DNA from: Malacoraja senta
Lineage: Eukaryota
Assembly (NCBI GenBank): GCA_038087875.1
Contig: JAXLNO010000630.1
Coordinates: 248,001 to 311,412, forward strand
Direction of reading: 5' to 3'
DNA length: 63,412 bases
In this document: in pieces, positions 11,663 to 24,694 of the stretch
How the letters are laid out: each line of letters starts with the position of its first letter
How positions within the stretch are numbered: position 1 is the first letter of the stretch
Program-made: the position numbers and the translations under genes
Notes under the pieces: model-generated
Databases searched by the model: none
Seen by the model: only the letters and a program-made list of their open reading frames with translations
Told to the model about the DNA's origin: nothing

Positions 11663-14600
11663 ATATGTCTTAGTAACATAAATGCCTAGGTATTTAAATT
11701 TTTCATTTACTATTTTAAATGGAAATTGTTGTATTATATGTTTATTATGTTCCCTTATTGGCATAATTTCACTTTTATTCCAATTTATTCTGTATCCTGA
11801 GAGTGAACCAAATTGGGTTATTAGCTTTAATAAGTTTGGAATACTAATTTCTGGTTTTGTAATGTAAATTAATACATCATCTGCGTATAAAGAAATTTTA
11901 TTCACTGTATCCTTTGTGTTATACCCATATATTTCCGGATGGGTCCTAACTCTTTCTGCGAGTGGCTCTATAACAAGCGCAAATAATAATGGAGACAACG
12001 GGCATCCTTGTCTACAACCTCTAGATAGGTTAAATTTAGATGATAACCTTTGGTTTGTTAATATTCTAGTCGTAGGGTTGGTATATAACAGTTTTATCCA
12101 TGCACAAAATTTCTCGCCCAGCTGCAATTTTTCCATCACCGAAAATAAATAGGGCCATTCCACCTGATCAAAAGCTTTTTCAGCATCGAGTGAGATTATT
12201 GCTAGATCTTCATTAATATTTCTCTTTGAATATATTATATTAAATAATCTTCTTAGATTGTAATATGAATACCGCTTCTGAATAAAACCTGTTTGGTCAG
12301 GGTGTATTAGTTTATTCATCACTGTACTTAATCTGTGCGCTAAAATTTTGGTTAGTATTTTCTGATCTGTATTTAAAAGTGTAATTGCTCTATATGATCC
12401 TGGATCTTCCGGATCCTTATCAGCTTTAGGAATAAGTGTTATTATAGATTCATTTAAGGTATCTGGAAGTTTCTGTTGAGTATAAATATGTTCATACAGC
12501 ATTTGCAAACGTGGAGAAAGCAAATCATATTTTTTTTTTGTAGAATTCAGAGCCTAAACCATCTGGTCCTACTGCTTTACCATTTTTTAAAGATCCAATA
12601 GACTCTTCAATATATTTTATCGTAATCTCCGCTTCTAATAATTCTCTATCTTTTGAATCTAAACTTTTAAATTACATTTTTGTAAAAAATCTGCTATTCC
12701 TTCTGGTTGTACTACAGTTTTAGTTGAGTAAAGATTATGATAGTATTGGAGAAATCTCTCATTTATATCCTTGGGCAATTTTAATAATTCTCCTGTATCT
12801 GCTCTAATTTTATGAATTATTTTTTCCCCCTCCATTTTTTGTAGCTGACGTGCTAATAGTTTTTGTGGTTTGTCTCCAAACTCAAAATGTAATTGTTTAG
12901 TATGTTGATAAAGTTTTATTACTTGTTCTGAATACATTTTGTTTAGTTTATATTTCAGTACAGCAATTTTATTATGTTTTAACATAGATGGCATTCTCGC
13001 ATTTTCTATATCTAGTTGCTTTATTTCCCTTTCCAGTGTTTGTTGTTTAATCCGGTTCTCTTTGTTATAAAATACTTGGGCAGAAATTAATGCGCCTCGG
13101 ACAAACGCTTTAAATGTTTCCCAAATAAGAGAGACAGATGTGTCAGGGTTGTCATTTGCCTCGAAAAATGTTTGAATCTGTTTAATAAGATATTCCTGAC
13201 ATGATCTTTCATTCAATATTTGTGGGTTAAATCTCCAATATGTTTGTTTCTCGGACATTCCATTTAATTTAATCATAAATGTTACAGGTGCGTGGTCTGA
13301 GATTATAATATTATGGTATTTTGAGTTATAAGTAAATGGGATAAACGTGGAGTCAACTAAAAAATAATCTATTCTTGAGTATGTTTTATGTACCGGTGAG
13401 TAAAATGAGTATTCCTGTCCAGTTGGGTTTTCAATTCTCCAGACATCCTTAATATTAGTGGTATTAATAAATGAATTTAAAAATACACTTGATTGAGATT
13501 TTACTTTTTTTTGCCTTGATGATCCATCTAAATAAGAGTCTAATGTACAATTGAAATCTCCTCCAATTATTAATTTATATTGTGTAACTTCTGGAATTAT
13601 ATTAAATGTTTTATTAAAAAACATAGGATTATCAAAATTAGGTCCATATACATTAAGAAGAATCACTTTTATCCCATTTAACTCTCCAACTAATATAATA
13701 TATCTACCATCTATATCTGCTATTGTTGATGAATGTGTAAAAGGTATTCCTTTACGAATTAATATTGCAACTCCTCTGGACTTGTGTGAAAAAGAGGCAT
13801 GATACGATTCAGCAATCCACTTAGCTTTAAGTCTATATTGTGATTCATTTTTAAGATGTGTTTCTTGGAGGAATATTATATCTGTCTTGAGTGAATTTAA
13901 ATGTGTTAAAACTTTACCTCTCTTAATTGGTTCATTGATTCCCTTAACATTCCAACTACAAAACATTATTCCTTCACCCCCTCTTGTCATATTACCATCT
14001 TGCATATTGTTTTAGGGTGGTCTATAGCCGAGCAGAAGGTACAACACATAAAACCTGACCTTGTCCCCGAACCTCAGATAGATGAATTTCAAATAACATA
14101 CTTCGCTCCTCCGAACACATCTCCTTGAATTAACCTTGTAGTTCCATTCAAACTTAAAATTATAACAATAATTAAAGTGAAAAAAGTGATATAGTTGATT
14201 AGTATAGGGTGAAAGAAAAAAAACTACAACTAAAATTAGTGTAGTTAGTGTTAGCCACACTAGCATGGCTAGAATTCTAAAGACTTCCGTAGCCTTTGTA
14301 AAAGAAAAAAATCCTAGCTCCGCGCTAAATTTTTTTTTAAAAAAGATAATATTTCTAACAATCAAATAACTTCTTTGGGAGTTGCAAAATTTTTGTTTTT
14401 TAAAAAAAAACAAAAAAGTTAAACAACAGTAAAAGTTAACAACGTTATTATTCTCTAAATACCATATTAATATCTTCTTTAAGTATATATTTTTAATCTT
14501 TAATTGAAAAATAAAGAGGAAAACCATCAACCCTTATTAATACATGGGCTAAATTACTTATTATTTATATTCCTATGGAATATATGTATGTAATCTATTT

Positions 14601-16939
14601 CTACGTTAACCAGAAACTGTTAGTTATTAATCATTGTTATTAATCATACACGGTAAAAATATTTATGAATAATATAGATTTAGTAATTTTAATAGTAATA
14701 TTGATATTTAATAAGCATTAGTAGTTACATGTATGGTTAAATATGAAAATACTAAATAATAATAGTGATTAGTAACAATTGATCGTAACTGTGATATTAT
14801 AGTTCTTAGAGTTTATACTAAACGCGAAGAATGAATTAAAAAAATTAGAGATATTAGGAGATTTTTTTTTTTTTTTAACCGAGAATCAAAAAAAAACATG
14901 TTTTCTCCAATGTCCATTTCAATTTTCAAACGTCCTTAAAGCTCTTAAAAGTATTTTAAAGATCCTTTTAGACCTGGCGAGGTCCCGTTATTCCTTGACT
15001 CCTGAGGAGTGATGTATATTGTTCAGTCTGCGGTCACATTCCCGATGCCTTTGGCGAATTCCAGTGCTTTTTCATGGTCTGTAAAAAATTGCTCCTTGCT
15101 CATGTAGGTGACTCTTAATGGTGCGGGATAAAGCAAGCCGTATCTCAAATCCGCTATATTCTTCACTATTCTTTTTGTCTCAGTAAACAGCGCTCTTTTC
15201 TTGAAGACCTCCACCGGATAGTCTCTGAAGATACTGATCCTCACTCCTTCAAAAGAGAGGTCTCTGGTACGGGCAATTTTCTTCATTATATCGTCAAATT
15301 CATGATCGAGTTGCACCTTTACTATAATTTGTCTTGGGTAGGCATCATCTCGTGTACGACGCCCCTGCGCTCTATGTGCTCGACAAAGTAAAGGTTTTTG
15401 ATCCAACTTTAAGGCTTTTTGTAGTAGATCTGCCACAAAATCCCGAGTGCCCATATCCCTCTCACTTCCTTCTTTCACACCTACAATTCTTAAGTTCTGG
15501 CTTCTTTGACGCCCCTCCAGGTCGATACACTTTCCACTTAATTTAGTCACCATTTCGGAGAGGCGTTGATTTTCGGTAAGGAGTCGATTTACAGTTTCTG
15601 CGCTTGTCGCCACACATTTCTCAAGTTCAGTTATCGCTATAATATGTTGCTTCAGTGTCTGATGGATAGGGTCAATCTCTCCCTTAAGGCTCGATTCCAC
15701 CAAAGCGATCCTGCCTTCCACCTCTTCCATCTGATCATTGACCTCGTCGTCCCTCGACCTCTTCCAGACTTCCAATATATCCTCAACGGTAGAGAGCATT
15801 TCTGCTTTAAAATCTACCTTAAAAGAGTTAAGTTCCTCTTTAAAATTCAGCTTTCCTTCAAAGGTTTTCAGCTGTGTTTGAATATTTTTTATCTCATTGG
15901 AGATAACGTTTTTAAGTTCTTCCATTTCAGATTTTCTTTGCTTTGGTTTCTTCGACGGGTCTTCCTGGAGCATCGTTGTACCTGAGGCCAAGGCCTCGGT
16001 TGTGCCTACCTCTTCCGTCGGTTGTCTCGCTTTACCGGCTTTTTTTGCCACTCTGGGGGGGGGTATGTTGTATCGACATACCGGTAAAGTCGCACGCCTG
16101 ATGACGTCACTTGCAATTTGAAGGAAAAGTGAAGAATTATGATGAAAATGTTTCCAAGAGCTGGCATCATTCCGGGGAGCACTTGGTAATTTTGATAACC
16201 AATTCGACAGAGATTTTTGTGTCTCCAATTCATGCTTCAAAGATGCAAAAAGTTGTGTTTACAAGTGAAACTTTGACAAAGTCGAACCCTATTTTAAAAG
16301 AATTTTAAATTAAAAGGAGTCTGCAGATGCTGTAAACGAGTTCATGTGGAAGAATAAGCAACAGTTAAACAAGCCAATTTATTTCATTTGAAGTGAAGAT
16401 GCAATTTGTCTAATTTCAACTAGTTTGCCTGACCCATGGTTATTTGCCCAGCCACAAAGATATACTTGTTCTCACCCCAACAACAAAAAAAGGATGATTC
16501 GACCAAAACTGAATAGATTATTCTGCAGAGGCATTATTTAAGACTCAGCTGTACGCTGTTCTGTATCCAACATTCCAAAAGCACTCCCATAATTAACCCG
16601 TTTAAGAAGGAACTGCTGATGCTGGAAAAATCGAAGGCAGACAAAAATGCTGGAGAAACTCAGTGGCTGAGGCAGCTTGCATCTAGACGATGCCTCACCT
16701 GCTGAGTTACTCCAGCATTTTTGTTTACCATAATTAACTCACTCCCTTCACCCAGGAGGTGGGTATATGGAACAAGCTGCCAGAGGAAGTAGTGGAGGCT
16801 GGTGCAATGGCATTTAGAAGACATTTGGACAGGACTATTTGGACTAATTGTCTGTTTCTCTAATATATACTGAACTTTTTTTGCTGTTTAGTAAGGGTTT
16901 TACAGTGCAATATGTTTACACTACTGTTGTGCTGCTACG

Positions 16940-17583
16940 TAACCCGCTCCATGACACACTGAGGAGCACCTTCAGCAACAGACTATTTCCACCAAGATGC
17001 AGCATAGAATGCCACAGGAGATCCTGTTTCCCCGTGGCTATCAAACTGTACAACTGCATCCACTTCTATCGTGGAGTAGTCTCCCTCCCTCCCCCTCCCC
17101 AATCTTTGCACATCCCCAATCCTTTCCACTCGTCACTTTAATTTCCTGTTTCATGTTTAGTTTATTTTAGTTTAGTTTAGAGAAACAGCACGGAAATAGG
17201 CCCTTTGGCTCACCGGGCCCGTGCCGACCAGCGATCCCCGCACATTGACACTAACCAGCGATCATCCCGTACACTAGCACTACTCCACACACTAGGGACA
17301 ATTAGAATGTTACCAAAACCAATTAACCTACAAACCTCCACGTCTTTGGAGTGTTGTAGGATATCGAAGATCTTGGAGAAAACCCACGCAGGTTACGGGG
17401 AGAACGTACAAACTCCGTAGACACAGCACCCGTAATCGGGATCGAACCTGGGTCTCCGGCGTTGCATTTGCGGTAAGGTAGCAATTCTACCGCTGCGCCA
17501 CCATGACCACCTTCACATTGTGTTTTATGACTGTTTGCAGATCAATTTCTGTCCTGGGATAGATAAAGTTCTATCGTATCGTA
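16940..17583 (+). mobile_element. Rex1/Babar-like LINE 3' end with a tRNA-SINE inserted on the minus strand (~17160-17512); duplicated at ~42370-43013
   Basis: Reads NPLHDTLRSTFSNRLFPPRCSIECHRRSCFPVAIKLYN; 3' tail GATAAAGTTCTATCGTATCGTA; the SINE head is at ~17512 on the minus strand. Confidence 0.72.
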
Positions 17584-17734
17584 AAAAAGTATTTAATTGT
17601 TAATTTTGGGACATATGACAATAAAGCACTCTTGACAGATACATGGATTGGATAGGTATGGAGAGATATGGAGCATATTCAGCCAGATGGGACGAGTGTA
17701 GATGGAGCATCTTGGTCAATGTGAGCAAGACAAA

Positions 17735-18025
17735 ATGTGCAGGAACAGCAGATGCTGGTTTACACTGAAGAAAGACACAAAATGCTGGAGAAACTCAGCG
17801 GGACAGGCAGATTACAACAGCGATAAGAATATTAATTTCTCCACCTTCAAATAACCCTTGCCTTCCCTCTCTCTCCATCCCTCCCCCACCCTAGTTCAAC
17901 TAGCTTCACTGTCCTGTGAAATGTCACCTATCCATGTTCTCCAGAGATGCTGCCTGACCCGCTGAGTAAGTCCAGCACTCTGTGAAATGTCACCTATCCA
18001 TGTTCTCCAGCGATGCTCCCTGACA
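17735..18025. repeat. Penelope-derived short repeats (TGCTGGAGAAACTCAGCGGG family); duplicated at ~43165-43456
   Basis: Shares sequence with the end and 3' repeat of the Penelope fragment at 53895-54420. Confidence 0.7.
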
Positions 18026-18984
18026 TTTGCCGTTTCACATTGGGACCCTTTTGGTTTGAGTGGGCCAGTGGTGTAGAGAAGCCAAGACAGTTGTTGCACC
18101 ACCAGTGGATATAAAAGGTCCAGAGAGTTGAGGGGAATGTTTGAGACTGGAGACAGGATTGTCACTGGATGGATAGGATTCTCTCCCATAAAGAAAAGCT
18201 CAGAGGTGGCAGAAGAGCCCTACGTCCCTATGTTCCCGATGTCGGGGGAGTCCAGAACCAGGGGTCACAGTTTAAGAATAAGACCCGCTGAGTCACTCCA
18301 CCGTTTATATAGGTCTATTAACAGATTCAGATCTACCTTAGATCTCCTCTTGTAAGTCTTCTTGGCGCTCTCCTTTTTCACCGGCATTCTCAAAACTCCT
18401 TGCTTGGGTTATTGATCCACACCATGAAGGTTAGAGTTTCGACCTCTAGTAGCTGCCAGCTGTTTCAATGCCTGGCAGAATGGGTATGGTGTACCCACTT
18501 CAAGTTGACAGATGAAATGGAGCCAGTTTGCCAAGTTGACAGATGAAATGGAGCCCGTCTCTCATGGTTACGGATGCAGTTCACTGTGAGGTCACCGGCC
18601 AGGCACATTATGAGGTCACCTCTGATTATGATGGTTTACAAACTTGCGATCTTACGAATGGAAGGCAGGCCCAGAAGGGAATAAACCACTTCACCATATG
18701 ACCGTCACAGTGGTTATAACCAACTGGACTCAAATGTTAAAGACAAGGAACTCAGTTCAGTTGAGTTTATTGTCACGTGTACAGAGAAAAGCTTTTTGTC
18801 ACGTGTTAAAAACAGTCAGCAAAGTCTGATCAAGGATAGTCCGAGGGTCACCAATGAGGTAGATAGTAGTTCAGCACTCATCTCTGGTTGTGGTAGGATG
18901 AATCAGTTGCCTGATAACAGCTGGAAAGAAACTGTCCCTGAATCTGGAGGTGTGCGTTTTCACACATCTGTACCTTTACTAATT

Positions 18985-19487
18985 TGAGGAAGGACATTCT
19001 TGCTGCTTAGGTTAACCAGGTTAATTCCTGGGATGGCGCGACTGACATATGATGAAAGAATGGGTCGTCTGGGCTTGTATTTGCTGGAATTGAGAAGCAT
19101 GAGAGGGGATCTTATAGAAACATATACAATTCTTAAAGGAGTGAAGGCTAGATGCAGGAACAATGTTCCCGATGTTGGGGGAGTCCAGAACCAGGGGTCA
19201 CAGTTTATGAATAACGGGTTAGGTCATTTAGGACTCAGAAGAGGGAAAACGTTTTCACGCAGAAAATCTGTGGAATTCTCTGCCACAGAAGGCAGTGGAG
19301 GCCAGTTCACTGGATCTTTGCAAGAGAGAGTTGGATGTGGCTCTTAGGGCTAACAGAATCAAGGAATATGGGGAGATAGCAGGAATGGTGTATTGATTTT
19401 GGATGATCTGCCATGATCATATTGAAAGGCGGTGCTGGCTCGAAGGGCCGAATGGCCTACCCCTGCACCTATTTTCTATGTTTCTAC
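18985..19487 (+). mobile_element. CR1 LINE 3' fragment
   Basis: RLIPGMARLTYDERMGRLGLYLLELRSMRGDLIETY, 3'UTR, and tail TTTTCTATGTTTCTA. Confidence 0.9.
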
Positions 19488-20084
19488 ATCATGGTGAGTC
19501 CAGCACTCGTTGATGTCTGGTCCTGAAGAAGGGTCCCGCTGAGTTACTCCAGCACTCTGTTTCTTCATGGTCTGCTGGTGTCTTGCTTATATGAAAGAGC
19601 TACATTGCCAATGCCCACAAGCTCCAACTTTGCTGTCAACATGAAACTGTTGACAGTTCAAGAAATGAAATACGTTGATGAAGCCCGAGTGATGGACAAG
19701 ATAATGCTTCACAGGAGGAAGTTAAATCTGCATTGAATTAAACCCCACTTGTAGAAATTAAACTAAAGGAAGATGTTTCCAAAAGTTATGAGCTTGATTC
19801 TATTACTCCAGAAGTGAAGGGCAGGTGGGGGAGAGTCTAACGCAATTACACCCCTTCATATGATCAACACAGGGGATAAGGGGTTGGCATAATCTACTTA
19901 GATCTGTCAAGAAATAAAAGGCAAACAATATTAAATCTCAGATTGCTCCTGCTGAATCCATTCGAGACCCTGACTGCCTATTGCGCAAATTTCCGACAAT
20001 TATGTGAGTTACGTACCAATTTAGTGATTGAGCGGCATCTGTTTTTTTCACATAGCCAGAGACACGGAGAACCTGTGCTGTTGT

Positions 20085-21055
20085 AGAAACATAGAAACAT
20101 AGAAAACAGGTGCAGGAGGAGGGCATTCGGCCCATTGAGCCAGCACCGCCATTCATTGTGATCATGGCTGATCATCCCCAATCAATAACCCGTGCCTGCC
20201 TTCTCCCCATATCTCCTGATTCCACTTGCCCCTGGAGTTCTATCTAACTCTCTCTTAAATCCATCTAGTGATTTGGCCTCCACTACCCTCTGTGGCAGGG
20301 AATTCCATAAATTCACAACTCTCTGGGTGAAAACATTTTTTCTCACCTCAGTCTTAAATGGCCTCCCCTGTATTCTAAGTCTGTGGCTCCTGGTTCTGGA
20401 CTCACCGAACATTGGGAACATGTTTCCTGCCTCGAGCTTGTCCAGTCCTTTTATAATTTTAAATGTTTCTATAAGCTACCCCCTCATCCTTCTAAACTCC
20501 AGTGAATACAAGCCTAGTCCTTTCAATCTTTCCTCACATGACTGTCCCGCCATCCCAGGGATCAATCTCGAGAACCTACACTGCACTGCCTCAATCACAA
20601 GGATGTCCTTCCTCAAATTAGGAGACCAAAACTGTACACAATACTCCAGATGTGGTCTCACCAGAGCCCAATACAACTGCAGAAGAACCTCTTTACTCCT
20701 ATACTGAAATCCTCTTGTTATGAAGGCCAACATTCCATTAGCTTTCTTCACTGCCTGCTGTACCCGCACACCAACTTTCAGTGACCGGTGTACAAGGACA
20801 CCCACGTCTCGCTGTACCTCCCCCTTACCTAACCTAACCCCATTGAGATATTAATCTGCCACCTTGATTTTACCACCAAAGTGGATAACCTCACATTTAT
20901 CTATATTATACTACATCTGCAACGCATCCGCCCACTCACTCAACCTGTCCAGGTCACCCTGCAACCTCCTAACACCCTCTTCACCATTCACACTGCCACC
21001 CAGCTTTGTGTCATCTTCAAACCTGCTAGTGTTGCTCCTAATTCCCTCTTCCAAA
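20085..21055 (-). mobile_element. CR1 LINE 3' fragment with (TAGAAACA)n tail; uninterrupted paralogue of 629-1930
   Basis: ORFs 20182..20421 and 20476..20805 carry CR1 RT C-terminal motifs. Confidence 0.92.
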
Positions 21056-21248
21056 TATATATGAATAAGGCCGCCTTTTATCCCGGAGAATTTCCCAAGA
21101 GCGCTGGAGCTAAATAAAACCGATTTTATATCGCAAAGTTACTCACGGACCTCAAGACGAACATTGCTGAATTACTTTAAAATGCAGCTGATCAGCACAA
21201 CCCTGATGTCAAAGAAAATGGAGGTTGTTTTTTCAAAGTAAAATTTAC

Positions 21249-21327
21249 ATTAATGTGGTTGACATGTTCGTTTGTAAGCCGAACGGCCAAATTTGGGATG
21301 CCTGCCTTTCTGTCGTCAAAAAGTGGC
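21249..21327 (-). pseudogene. mx: Mx pseudogene exon, 79 nt, copy 2
   Basis: Paralogue of 2124-2202 (offset 19125); PLFDDRKAGIPNLAVRLTNEHVNHIN; donor gtaaat. Confidence 0.83.
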
Positions 21328-22025
21328 CTAGTTATTAAAATTGTGAAAAAAAAGAATAACTTGGTCAAGGTTGAAACATTGCGAGATATTGGCAAAATAA
21401 CAATCAAACAATTTTACATTGCTTGCAGATGGAAACCAAAACTCTGTTGATACAATGCGAACTTCCAAGGACGGCACTGGGGCGCAGCGATAGAGTTGCT
21501 GCCTTGCAGCGCCAGAGACCTGACGGGCGTCAGGGATTATGGGGAAAAAGCAGGAGAATCGGGTTAGAAGAAAGAGATAGATCAGCCATGATTGATTGGC
21601 GGAGTAGACTTGATGGGCCGAATGGCCCAAATTCTGCTCCTATCATTTATGACCTTATGAGACCCAGGTTAGATCCCGACTACGGGTGCTTTTCTGCACG
21701 GAGTTTGTACGTTCTCCCCGTGACCTTCAATGGTTTCCTCCCACACTCCAAAGATTGTCCCTAGTGTGTGTAGGACAGTGTTAACATGCAGGGATCGCTG
21801 GTCAGTGCAGACACGGTGGGCCGAAGGGCCTTTTTCCTCGCTGTATCTCTTAACTAAACAATGTGAAATTTGACTCAATGGCATACATTGTCCTGGGACT
21901 GCAAGGCGACTATTTGGTGCAGCTTGATATGAAGGCCGTTTGCACATGTAACTGTTAGGTGTCTACCATCTACACAATCTGCCATCTCCACTTCACTTAA
22001 TGGAAAACAAGTCTTCACCATTTAC

Positions 22026-22224
22026 CCAAATTGTTCATGGTTTTCAAAAAATGCCTTTTCCTTTGCGATTGCATCCACCAGTGATATATTTTCATTGATG
22101 TCGTTCTAGCCACTACACTTAATGATCATGTGTCCCTTCGCCAGCTCTACTGTCAGGTTCTGCACAATGTCAACTACGTTCTTCTCTGTTCCTTTATCCA
22201 CCAGGTCAAGTTTGGTCAAAATAC
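22026..22224 (-). pseudogene. mx: Mx pseudogene exon, 199 nt, TAG at 22106-22108, copy 2
   Basis: Paralogue of 2901-3099 with the same stop codon. Confidence 0.86.
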
Positions 22225-22469
22225 CTTCAAATTTAAAAGTAAAAAGGGAAAGATTATGGAATTAATTTGTTGCCACTGATTAGTGGTTGTGATGCCCGAA
22301 ATATTAAAAATAATAAGGAAGATGATATGGAACTATAATTGTCACATGTACCGAGGTACAGTTAAGTTCATTTTTATATCCAATTCAGTACAACATAAGC
22401 ACTATATTAGGGCGGTACGGTGGCAAAGCGGTAGAGTTGCTGCCTTACAGCACCAAAGATCTGGGTTTG

Positions 22470-23115
22470 ATAGACAATAGACAATGTGTGCAGGAGTAGG
22501 CCATTCGGTCCTTCGAGCCAGCACAGCCATTCAATGTGATCATGGCTGATCATCCCTAATCAGCTCTCCTTTCCTGCCATCTCCCCATATCCCGTGACTC
22601 CGCAATCTTTAAGAGCCCTATCTAGCTCTCTCTTCAAACTATCCAGAGGACAGGCCTCCACCACCCTCTGAGGCAGAGAATTCCACAGACTCACAACTCT
22701 CTGTGTGAAGTACTGTTTCCTCCTCCCCGTTCTAAATGGCTTACCCCTTATTCTTAAACTGTGGCCCCTGGTTCTGGACTCTCCCAACATCTGGATCATA
22801 TTTCCTACCTCTACCGTGTCCAAACCCTTAGTAATCTTATATGTTTCAATAAGATGCCCTCTCATCCTTCTAAACTCCAGACTATACAAGCCCAGTCGCT
22901 CCATTCTCTCAGCATATGACAGTCCCGCCATCCCGGGAATTAACCTTGTAAACCTATGCTGCACTCCCTCAATAGCAAGAATGTCCTTCCTCAAATTAGG
23001 AAGCCAAAACTGCACACAATACTCCAGATGTGTTCTCACTAGGGCCCCATACAACTGCAGAAGTACCTCTTTGCTCAACTCCTCTTGTTATGAAGGCCAA
23101 CATACCATTCGCTTT
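22470..23115 (-). mobile_element. CR1 3' fragment inside the split SINE, copy 2
   Basis: ORF 22560..23078; paralogue of 3345-3990. Confidence 0.92.
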
Positions 23116-23698
23116 CAGATGCTGTCAGTATGGAGTTTGTATGTTCTCCCTGTGACGGCGTGGGTTTTCTCCGAGATCTTTGGTATCCTCCCACACCCCA
23201 AGGATGTACAGGTTTGTAGATTAATAGTAAGATTAAACGAGAACTTATCAGTTTGAAGTTTGATCTTTATTTTATGAGGAGTGACGTTAGTGATTACGTG
23301 AAGAAGACCCGTCAGGGCGCCTGCGCGTCAATCTTCAAAGCAGCAGTGTGAAATCACAAACAACAAGAACGAAGTTAATATAGTAACCTAATAAAACGAG
23401 TAAATTAAGAACTTCCATCTGACCTTTATGATAGAGGGTTGGGCGTGGTGGGCACGTAATCACCAACGCAACTCCTCATAAAATAAAGATCAAATTTCAA
23501 ACTGGTGACTTCCGGTTGCGACATGCTCTGCTAGCAGTCGCAAACTTTTTAGCTCCGCTGAAAAAATCGCGATTTTTCGCGTTAAAATCGGGTCTGGAGG
23601 TCGGGACCGTTTTTAAAAACTTACCGGAGCTTCATGTCGCGGTGCTGATGACGTCATCAGTAAGCGCCGCGATTTTAACGGAGGGAAAGTCATTTTAA

Positions 23699-24694
23699 AT
23701 GAAAAGTACATCTCCAGGTCAGAGCCCACAGAGGAAAATCTCAAAACATCTGCTGAAGACTCTGGAACAGCAAGAAACTTCAGAACTGACCTCTGGAGAG
23801 GTCTCTGGAATGGCTACTCGATCTGCAAAAGAGAAAATCGAAATGGAGGACTTAAGAAACTCGGTAAGAGATATCAAAAATGATATGGAAGCTGGGAACA
23901 GTAAATTGATAGCCGGTAATGATAAAATACTTGAGGGTATTGAGGCTCTCCAAAAAAGAATTGAAGGCGTGGAAAAAGGACTATCGATAAAAATTGAAAA
24001 GGTGGCAGAAGAGACCACAAAGATGTTTGAGGCTGTGCACGAAACTGTGGCTGCAAATGCATCTGCAGTGAATGATTTGGAAGCTGCTGTGGAAGTGATG
24101 GCTGGAGAGATGCAGACTATGAAGTCAGAAATAGATAGTCTCAAGAACCAAGTCACAAAGGTTTCGAATAAATGTGTTGACCTAGAAGCTCGCTCAAGAC
24201 GCCAAAATATAAGAATACGTGGTGTAAAAGAGGGAGCTGAGGGGGACAATGTTTGTGAGTTCGCTGCCAACCTAATTAAACACGTACTGAAGCTACCAGA
24301 AGTACCTGTAATTGAAGTAGCACATCGACTCCCCAGATTTAAATCAAGATCTCAAGGAGAACGTGCCTACCCACGACAGATCATAATTAAACTTCGGGAT
24401 ATCTCAACAATGGAAGCGCTGATGAAAAAAATCAACCACGGAGAGAAGATGATGTACAGAGGTGATACTATTAAACTCCTACGGGACTACCCTTATGAGA
24501 TTGAGCAAAAGAGAAGAAAGTTCTCACAGACCAGAGAAGTTCTTTATGGTGTTAAGGGAGTTTTGTGTGGAGTGTTTTATCCGGCTAGAATGCGTATCAC
24601 CTTTGAGGGAGTGTCAAAAACATTCACTAATTCGGATGAATCTCTCAAATACGCTCAAGAAATCGCGACTAAGGCTGCATCAACTGGAGATTGA
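23699..24694 (+). CDS. L1 ORF1p (coiled coil + RRM + CTD; Transposase_22-type), 331 aa
   Basis: Heptad-rich N-terminal half; DLEARSRRQNIRIRGVKEG, IEVAHR, RQIIIKL, RDYP, FYPARMRI. Confidence 0.95.
   Translation: MKSTSPGQSPQRKISKHLLKTLEQQETSELTSGEVSGMATRSAKEKIEMEDLRNSVRDIKNDMEAGNSKLIAGNDKILEGIEALQKRIEGVEKGLSIKIEKVAEETTKMFEAVHETVAANASAVNDLEAAVEVMAGEMQTMKSEIDSLKNQVTKVSNKCVDLEARSRRQNIRIRGVKEGAEGDNVCEFAANLIKHVLKLPEVPVIEVAHRLPRFKSRSQGERAYPRQIIIKLRDISTMEALMKKINHGEKMMYRGDTIKLLRDYPYEIEQKRRKFSQTREVLYGVKGVLCGVFYPARMRITFEGVSKTFTNSDESLKYAQEIATKAASTGD

Larger units (their letters stand above)
10515..16115 (-). mobile_element. L1-clade LINE family c, 3'-truncated (ORF1, AT-rich spacer, ORF2 EN+RT), copy 1
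   Basis: ORF1 15023..~16050 (DLEGRQRSQNLRIVGVKEG, YGLLYPA). ORF2 from 14005 (SWNVKGINEPIKRGK, GGDFN, SRIDYF, SDH, QGCPLSP, YADD), frameshifted near 12530 and cut after KINAIKMIFLPQ. Confidence 0.93.

Noticed and set aside
14012..14530. 172-aa hydrophobic ORF in the L1-c spacer
   Set aside because: AT-rich low-complexity sequence; the frame is broken by homopolymer indels in the duplicate.
16120..16275. ISRE-like motifs (GAAAAGTGAAG, AAGTGAAACT) as an Mx promoter
   Set aside because: Only partial matches, and no first exon was identified.
18500..18556. Short direct repeat CAAGTTGACAGATGAAATGGAGCC x2
   Set aside because: A simple local duplication with no further structure.
19942..20003. Plus-strand cag...|gtgagt candidate micro-exon
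   Set aside because: Weak pyrimidine tract, no recognisable homology and no partner exons.
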